Below are positions 56,159 through 61,280 of a stretch of 61,280 bases of DNA, piece after piece. Made by a program: the position numbers and the translations under genes. This stretch comes from a virus (lineage: Duplodnaviria; Caudoviricetes). The first letter of the stretch is position 1. The number at the start of each line of letters is the position of its first letter. Location of the stretch: positions 1 through 61,280 of IMG/VR virus record IMGVR_UViG_3300034121_000204; one strand, given 5' to 3'. The notes under the pieces are model-generated. The model was not told the origin of the DNA. It did not search any database and saw only the letters and a list, made by a program, of their open reading frames with translations.

Positions 56159-56862
56159 AATTAATATTCAGAATTGGTGATACATTGCAAGTAATAAGCA
56201 AGTCAACCACAAGTAACGACAAGATAGAATCCAACAAGAAAAGAAAGATTGTTCAAACGTACACATTCAGCAGAAAACAGTACGAATTGATTGCAAACGG
56301 AACGAACGATGGTATGAAGACTTTCTTTAATAACGCTGACAAAAATTGTTTAGATTGTCCATTCAATGAATTCGGCAAATGTTATACGCACAAATTCAAT
56401 CAGTATGTTGGTTTTATTAGCATGCTAAAAAGCATCGCGAAAGATCACCCAACATTCGATGACATCCCTACATTCAAGTACGATATGATTCTCCAAGCAA
56501 GACAAATGGCACAAGATACATTCGTTAGATTTGGTACATATGGTGAGCCATCATTGCATCCAATTAAAATGATTGAAGAGATGGCAAATGTAGCAGACAA
56601 TTGGACTGGATATACGCACCAATGGATGCGTAATGACTTGAGTAAATTCTTCATGGCATCTACACATGACATCGATGGTGAAATTGTCGCTAGAAAGCAA
56701 GGATATAGAAGTTACATTGCTACGGAATCAAAGCTAGAAGGAATTGTAAATTGTCCCGCAAGCAAGGAAGCTGGATTCAAATCTACATGCAGTAAATGTG
56801 GATTGTGTAGTGGTACACTAGGAACGAAATCAAATAAATCTATTTACATTTTAAATCATTAA
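56155..56862 (+). CDS. Cys-rich putative Fe-S protein (gp88-like/radical-SAM-related)
   Basis: CLDCPF..GKCY, VRFGTYGEP, WTGYTHQW, FMAS, CPAS...CSKCGLC. Confidence 0.6.
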   Translation: MKLIFRIGDTLQVISKSTTSNDKIESNKKRKIVQTYTFSRKQYELIANGTNDGMKTFFNNADKNCLDCPFNEFGKCYTHKFNQYVGFISMLKSIAKDHPTFDDIPTFKYDMILQARQMAQDTFVRFGTYGEPSLHPIKMIEEMANVADNWTGYTHQWMRNDLSKFFMASTHDIDGEIVARKQGYRSYIATESKLEGIVNCPASKEAGFKSTCSKCGLCSGTLGTKSNKSIYILNH

Positions 56863-56864
56863 CC

Positions 56865-57377
56865 ATGAACGTAAAACACCAAGAGATTATTAACTCATTT
56901 ATTAATGAGTTAAATCGCATCGAAGATTCAAGAAATCAAAACAAAGGATTCAATCTAATCAACATTGATTCATTGAACGAAAAGACAAATGAGATTCAAA
57001 GATTCAAGGAAGAAGCGATTGCAAACAAGCAAGCTTGGGATGATATTGCTAATGAAGAAGCAATTAGGTTAGTTAAATTATTCCAAGAAGATTTACCAAA
57101 TGCATGTGTGCAAAAATATGGAAAGGATACTGGGCATTATGACTTGCCATCCTTAATGATAAGAAGGAATGAGAATTCATCCAAACACTATCAAGATTGC
57201 GTAAGTATAGAAGTTAAAATTTTAACCGAAACAATTAGAGATTCGTTTGGTAATCCTTATTCAAAAGGTCTTAGTTTAGCATATAGATTTAACTATGACA
57301 GAAATGAATTCAATACCATTGAAGAATTAGTTAAGGACAGTACATTTTTAGAATCAATTAGAACACGTGTACTATGA
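56865..57377 (+). CDS. hypothetical protein
   Basis: 170-aa ORF. Confidence 0.65.
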   Translation: MNVKHQEIINSFINELNRIEDSRNQNKGFNLINIDSLNEKTNEIQRFKEEAIANKQAWDDIANEEAIRLVKLFQEDLPNACVQKYGKDTGHYDLPSLMIRRNENSSKHYQDCVSIEVKILTETIRDSFGNPYSKGLSLAYRFNYDRNEFNTIEELVKDSTFLESIRTRVL

Positions 57378-57940
57378 AAGCACAAACATACCTACCACTA
57401 TTCAGTGGTTTCTACAATTCGCATTGGGATGATATTGATTTCTATGATGAGTTAGATCTATTCAATATTCCAAGCGACATGACAATAGATGACTTTGTAG
57501 ATTGGGATAAGTATCACAATCATATCGCTAAGGAAATGTGTAATGAAGTACAGTATCTCTTATCAGATTTTGTATCAGACATTAAATTCGAAAAGATAGT
57601 CAGTCCAAGGTACTACAACTTTGAGAATGACTCAATAGATTGCGAGATTGATTTCAATGAAGAAAAGGTAATGGAATACTTAAACGAAAATCAATATGCA
57701 TTTTCAGTCTATATAAGAGAGCGATACACATCAAGAGATGGATTCATATCAAGCTACGAGAATAATGCATCAGAATGGCTACATGAATGGCAGAATGATA
57801 GTCACAAAGTAGGATCAATCCTACAGTTCATTTGTGCGAACGAAGGATTCGAAGAGCCATGGGATTTAAATGATACTCATATCTCATTATTTTATAACCA
57901 ACAAATATATCAATATGAAAGAGAAAATTCTAGCAACTAA
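57374..57940 (+). CDS. acidic conserved early phage protein
   Basis: LPLFSGFYNS, SPRYYNFEND, YTSRDGFIS motifs. Confidence 0.65.
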   Translation: MKAQTYLPLFSGFYNSHWDDIDFYDELDLFNIPSDMTIDDFVDWDKYHNHIAKEMCNEVQYLLSDFVSDIKFEKIVSPRYYNFENDSIDCEIDFNEEKVMEYLNENQYAFSVYIRERYTSRDGFISSYENNASEWLHEWQNDSHKVGSILQFICANEGFEEPWDLNDTHISLFYNQQIYQYERENSSN

Positions 57941-58139
57941 CGGAAGATTCTTCTCTGTATCCTTCGTGAAGAAGGATGGCACTGAAAGAAGAATGGTAGC
58001 ACGACTGGGCGTAAAGAAGAACATCAAAGGAGTTGGACTGAAGTTCAACCCATCTGACCACAACTTAATGGTTGTGTACGATGTTCATAAGCGAGCATAC
58101 AGAATGATTAACCTATTAACAATTTTTAAATTCAAATAG
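57915..58139 (+). CDS. SH3-fold (WYL-like) protein
   Basis: GRFFSVSFVKKDGTERRM...VVYDV..AYRMIN; likely start MKEKI. Confidence 0.65.
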   Translation: MKEKILATNGRFFSVSFVKKDGTERRMVARLGVKKNIKGVGLKFNPSDHNLMVVYDVHKRAYRMINLLTIFKFK

Positions 58140-58388
58140 CCATGAGAACAATAAACTTTGAAACAGAAATGGGTAGCGGACAAATTGAGTATACTCATAG
58201 AGATGACACATTCAAAAATGATACGTTTGAAATTTACGTACATGAGACTTACAGACCATACACCGAGGAAGATGTAATATACGACATTGAAAGAAACATT
58301 TATAAATACATATAGCCGTGAGAGACGATGATGAAATAAACGACCTAATAAAAGAGTGGTTGGACTGGAATTAAAAAAAAAAGAAATC

Positions 58389-58598
58389 ATGACAATAGCA
58401 GAAGCAAAACAAGTACTACGAGATAACGGTTATTTTGTAGACAACCTATGGCACATTCACGATGTGTATAACGTCGCTGATGGCAACATACAGAAAGACC
58501 AAGCAATGCAAGTGTTAAGCATGGCGTTGACGAATGAAGCTACCATGGAACAAATATGGCAAGCAATAAAAATGGCAACCGAAATATTAACCGAATAA
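58389..58598 (+). CDS. hypothetical protein
   Basis: Likely start MTIAEAK; LWHIHDV motif. Confidence 0.6.
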   Translation: MTIAEAKQVLRDNGYFVDNLWHIHDVYNVADGNIQKDQAMQVLSMALTNEATMEQIWQAIKMATEILTE

Positions 58599-58610
58599 AA
58601 ATAAATAACC

Positions 58611-58796
58611 ATGACTAGATACGATGCAACAATCAAATGGTTGGACAATGGAAACATTGAAGATGTAATCATTAAGGTAGGAGATATTGAGGAAGATGAC
58701 GATGATATATTCTTCTACCTGGAATCAGAGGAAGAAATAGAGCACTACAAACAAGAAGGAGTACATGACTGGGTGATACTTGAAGTATTACTTTAA
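58611..58796 (+). CDS. small highly acidic protein
   Basis: 61 aa with IEEDDDDIFFYLESEEEIE. Confidence 0.6.
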   Translation: MTRYDATIKWLDNGNIEDVIIKVGDIEEDDDDIFFYLESEEEIEHYKQEGVHDWVILEVLL

Positions 58797-58799
58797 GTA

Positions 58800-59130
58800 T
58801 GTTATGTTTATATCTCACAATCAACAAGTTATGTTAAGCGATGTTGATTTAGTGGTAAGGAAGTTTTTTATAACTTATTGATTTACAGCGAGAAACATGA
58901 AAAAAATGTCAAAGTGTCAACTTAATACATACACTATCGGAATATATTTTATAGAGGGGGTGGGGAGATTTACTATACTACCCCCTTACTCTTTTCTATA
59001 TATATTTATTTTTTTCTCTTAGATATAAATAGTAGTTCCTTAAAATTAACATAACTAACTAATAATCAATAAATTAAAAAACATTTAGATAACATTTTTC
59101 AACACTATTTGGAAAAATCAACACTAATTA
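58800..59130. other. AT-rich non-coding region with three IHF-consensus sites; candidate origin
   Basis: WATCAANNNNTTR matches at 58819-58831 (+), 58871-58883 (-) and 59064-59076 (+). Confidence 0.45.
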
Positions 59131-59131
59131 A

Positions 59132-59227
59132 TATATTTGTACTTCCTCACAAACATATTAAAAACATTTACAATCCCTTTGTAATGATATAGGAGTGAGG
59201 AACTATTGATTTGCGAGGGGATTTTTG
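59132..59227 (+). promoter_or_regulatory. promoter plus hairpin/pseudoknot leader of the HNH gene
   Basis: TATATTTG 59132-59139; stem 59172-59184/59211-59223 with T-run; loop GTGAGGAA complementary to TTCCTCAC at 59143-59150. Confidence 0.6.
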
Positions 59228-59231
59228 TATT

Positions 59232-59861
59232 ATGAAGGAATGTAAAAAGTGCGGTCAATTGACAGACCGCTATTATTCAAAGAAGCACAAGAAGTGCGTA
59301 GACTGTTTTAACATAGTAACCAAAAGAAAGGTAAAGGACGAATTCAAGCCAATAGTTCGGAGAGGTAGGTATGAAACATTAAAGTTCATATTATCCAACC
59401 CGAAGGATGAGATGGCAATTAATGAATTGTTAGGTTGTCATCACAAAAAAATAAGAAATCATATTGAGAAGCAGTTTCAGAGGGGAATGACATGGGATAA
59501 TCATGGATCATGGCATATTGATCATATAAGACCGTTTAGTTCGGCAAAAACGATGAGAGAATTAAAGATGTTATTCAGATGGCAAAACATCCAGCCATTG
59601 TGGGCTGAGGTAAATTTGAGAAAGGGTAAAGATTCAATAGGTCAATCAAAGATTGATGAGATTAACAAAAAGATGTCAGACAGATATGACTCTCATCTTG
59701 AGAGATTATCAAGTGATATAGTAAAGACCAAGACAATCAAGCAAATGTTTGAAACGTTAAGTGATTTTGGAGTAGTAAGCATGAGTGATTTAGAGAAGTA
59801 TGCAGGTAGCATAGGTTACGATAGAGAAGGTGATTTATTTATTAAAAAAAGGAAGTTATGA
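59232..59861 (+). CDS. HNH/endonuclease VII-like protein
   Basis: N-terminal CxxC...CxxC; MTWDNHG-WHIDHIRP...NIQPLWAEVNLRKG; likely start MKECK. Confidence 0.8.
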   Translation: MKECKKCGQLTDRYYSKKHKKCVDCFNIVTKRKVKDEFKPIVRRGRYETLKFILSNPKDEMAINELLGCHHKKIRNHIEKQFQRGMTWDNHGSWHIDHIRPFSSAKTMRELKMLFRWQNIQPLWAEVNLRKGKDSIGQSKIDEINKKMSDRYDSHLERLSSDIVKTKTIKQMFETLSDFGVVSMSDLEKYAGSIGYDREGDLFIKKRKL

Positions 59862-60115
59862 AAGCAATAATTAACCCGATCACAAGATCGGTACAACTAG
59901 AGAAGGACAAGGAGATCGTTGACATATTCTTCGAAGACTTGGACGAGTGGCAGGAAGTTGAGATAGGTGGGAAGATATTAGACGTACACTTTGACTACAT
60001 GCCGAGGGACAACTTTGGCAGTCAGCGTGACTGGTTGCATGGGATACTGAGGGCGTTTGACAAGTCGAGCGAGTTTGAGGAGGATTTAATTGAGCACATA
60101 ACATTGGAGCTATGA
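59858..60115 (+). CDS. hypothetical acidic protein
   Basis: 85-aa ORF with ATGA overlaps. Confidence 0.6.
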   Translation: MKAIINPITRSVQLEKDKEIVDIFFEDLDEWQEVEIGGKILDVHFDYMPRDNFGSQRDWLHGILRAFDKSSEFEEDLIEHITLEL

Positions 60116-60345
60116 AACAGACAGCAGTAGAATGGTTCGCAAAAGAACTAAATAAATGGAGAATAAAAGAGTTTGGATTAAATGCCGTAATTGGAATACC
60201 AACTGAAGTATTTGAACAAGCCAAACAATTAGAAAAGCAACAAATCATCCAGGCGCACGAGGATGCGTACATGGACTGTGGATTTGAGTACAGCGCATCG
60301 GACTGCGCTAATAATTATTATAAAGAGAGATATGATAAAATATGA
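60112..60345 (+). CDS. MKQTAVEW-type small phage protein
   Basis: MKQTAVEW...FEQAKQLEKQQII...YYKERY. Confidence 0.65.
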   Translation: MKQTAVEWFAKELNKWRIKEFGLNAVIGIPTEVFEQAKQLEKQQIIQAHEDAYMDCGFEYSASDCANNYYKERYDKI

Positions 60346-60529
60346 AGTAAGTTTAAACGGTAAGCATTTCGTTATATCGTTAGACAAGAAGGAACTAAAA
60401 AAAGATTACGCGGTATTATGTAAGACGTATGACATGGCAGGTATGTATGACATTAAGCCAAGCATCTTGAAGTATGTAAGGTACAGGATACATAGTATAT
60501 TAATGAATCATTTAACAGTAGAATTATGA
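60332..60529 (+). CDS. hypothetical protein
   Basis: Likely start MIKYEV. Confidence 0.5.
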   Translation: MIKYEVSLNGKHFVISLDKKELKKDYAVLCKTYDMAGMYDIKPSILKYVRYRIHSILMNHLTVEL

Positions 60530-60712
60530 TAACAATTTTCATTTGCTCGTTCGTTGCATCGGGCGTAACGCTAGGTCTACTAATGAGATCATCGTATAAG
60601 CACTACGAGAAGGAGAGAGAAGAGAAGTTTCAACGACTAATTAAAAAGCCATGAGAACAGCAATTATAGTAGCATTAGCTATACCTTTAACATTAACATT
60701 AATACTTATATC

Positions 60713-60898
60713 ATGACACTAGACTTAGTAGACAACATATTGGATAGGTTGACTGACTTACCTGACGATATACAGAAGAGTTCATTACAGAACGCAAAGG
60801 TCATCATGGAGAACTGGGTGGAGATAAGCGAGTCATTAACCAACAGAGCGATTGAGCGCGAGTTCTATGAGCTCTGTGCAATACTTAGGGACATATGA
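60713..60898 (+). CDS. small protein with UVR-like C-terminus
   Basis: AIEREFYELCAILRD resembles the UvrB/C coiled-coil motif. Confidence 0.55.
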   Translation: MTLDLVDNILDRLTDLPDDIQKSSLQNAKVIMENWVEISESLTNRAIEREFYELCAILRDI

Positions 60899-61206
60899 AA
60901 GTAGGAGATAAAGTAATTGCGTTAAGCAATTCACCTGACGACAACTGTCAGTTCAGGCGCAAGGGAAGTGTATACATGGTAAACTCAATAACGTACTGTG
61001 TTATGTGCATGAAGACATTGATCAACATCGGTCAGCGTTCACAGCACAAGGGTGTTATATGTAAGTGTGGGATGTTGATGGATACAGGTGGATTTATGTG
61101 GACACCGAAGGATGAGTTTGTCTTGCTTGCTGACAAGCAGGATGCAATCGACAAGGCTGTTGATTGTGAGGACTACGAGTTCGCAGCTAAACTTAGAGAC
61201 TTATAG
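60895..61206 (+). CDS. Zn-ribbon plus UVR-motif protein
   Basis: CxxC, CxC and AVDCEDYEFAAKLRD. Confidence 0.6.
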   Translation: MKVGDKVIALSNSPDDNCQFRRKGSVYMVNSITYCVMCMKTLINIGQRSQHKGVICKCGMLMDTGGFMWTPKDEFVLLADKQDAIDKAVDCEDYEFAAKLRDL

Positions 61207-61280
61207 TTATGGAAAAGATGTATAGAAAATTACCGAGTGGTCGATATCAGTATATCGGTTACTCAAGCATACCTGACATA
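61154..61280. repeat. Terminal direct repeat, right copy (identical to 1-127)
   Basis: Exact sequence identity. Confidence 0.95.

Noticed and set aside
61154-61280. 127-nt end repeat as a biological terminal repeat
   Set aside because: It falls in the middle of coding sequence and its length equals a common assembler k-mer; best read as circular overlap.

Overview
The window is an apparently complete, circularly assembled dsDNA tailed-phage genome of about 61,153 bp; bases 1-127 recur exactly at 61154-61280, which looks like an assembler overlap. The host is very likely Bacteroidota (Flavobacterium-like): TAnnTTTG promoter boxes precede many genes and the leaders are A-rich without SD motifs. 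The + strand arm (about 54.7 kb across the junction to 14.1 kb) carries early, replication and nucleotide genes: many small ORFs, C5 DNA methyltransferase, exonuclease, DUF3127 SSB, ferritin-like protein, primase-helicase, SF2 helicase, VRR-NUC, metallophosphoesterase and HNH. The - strand arm (54.1 kb to 14.1 kb) carries groEL/groES, small basic proteins, fibres, a lysis cassette, a crAss-related podovirus head/tail module and a 2876-aa polyvalent ejection-type protein. I recognised no DNA polymerase, RNA polymerase, integrase, tRNA or CRISPR array. Highlights: (1) an integrase-less array of three attC-like sites bracketing two gene cassettes with complementary ends (10707-11434), where one site supplies the start codon of the next gene; (2) a textbook type I hammerhead ribozyme (55504-55558); (3) a small basic gene overprinted in the +1 frame of the giant gene (20051-20239); (4) several candidate structured RNAs (4885-5147, 54870-55150, 59143-59227); (5) a phage GroEL/GroES with a palindrome over its promoter plus a second GroES-like gene. 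All family assignments are from motif recognition by eye; no searches were run.
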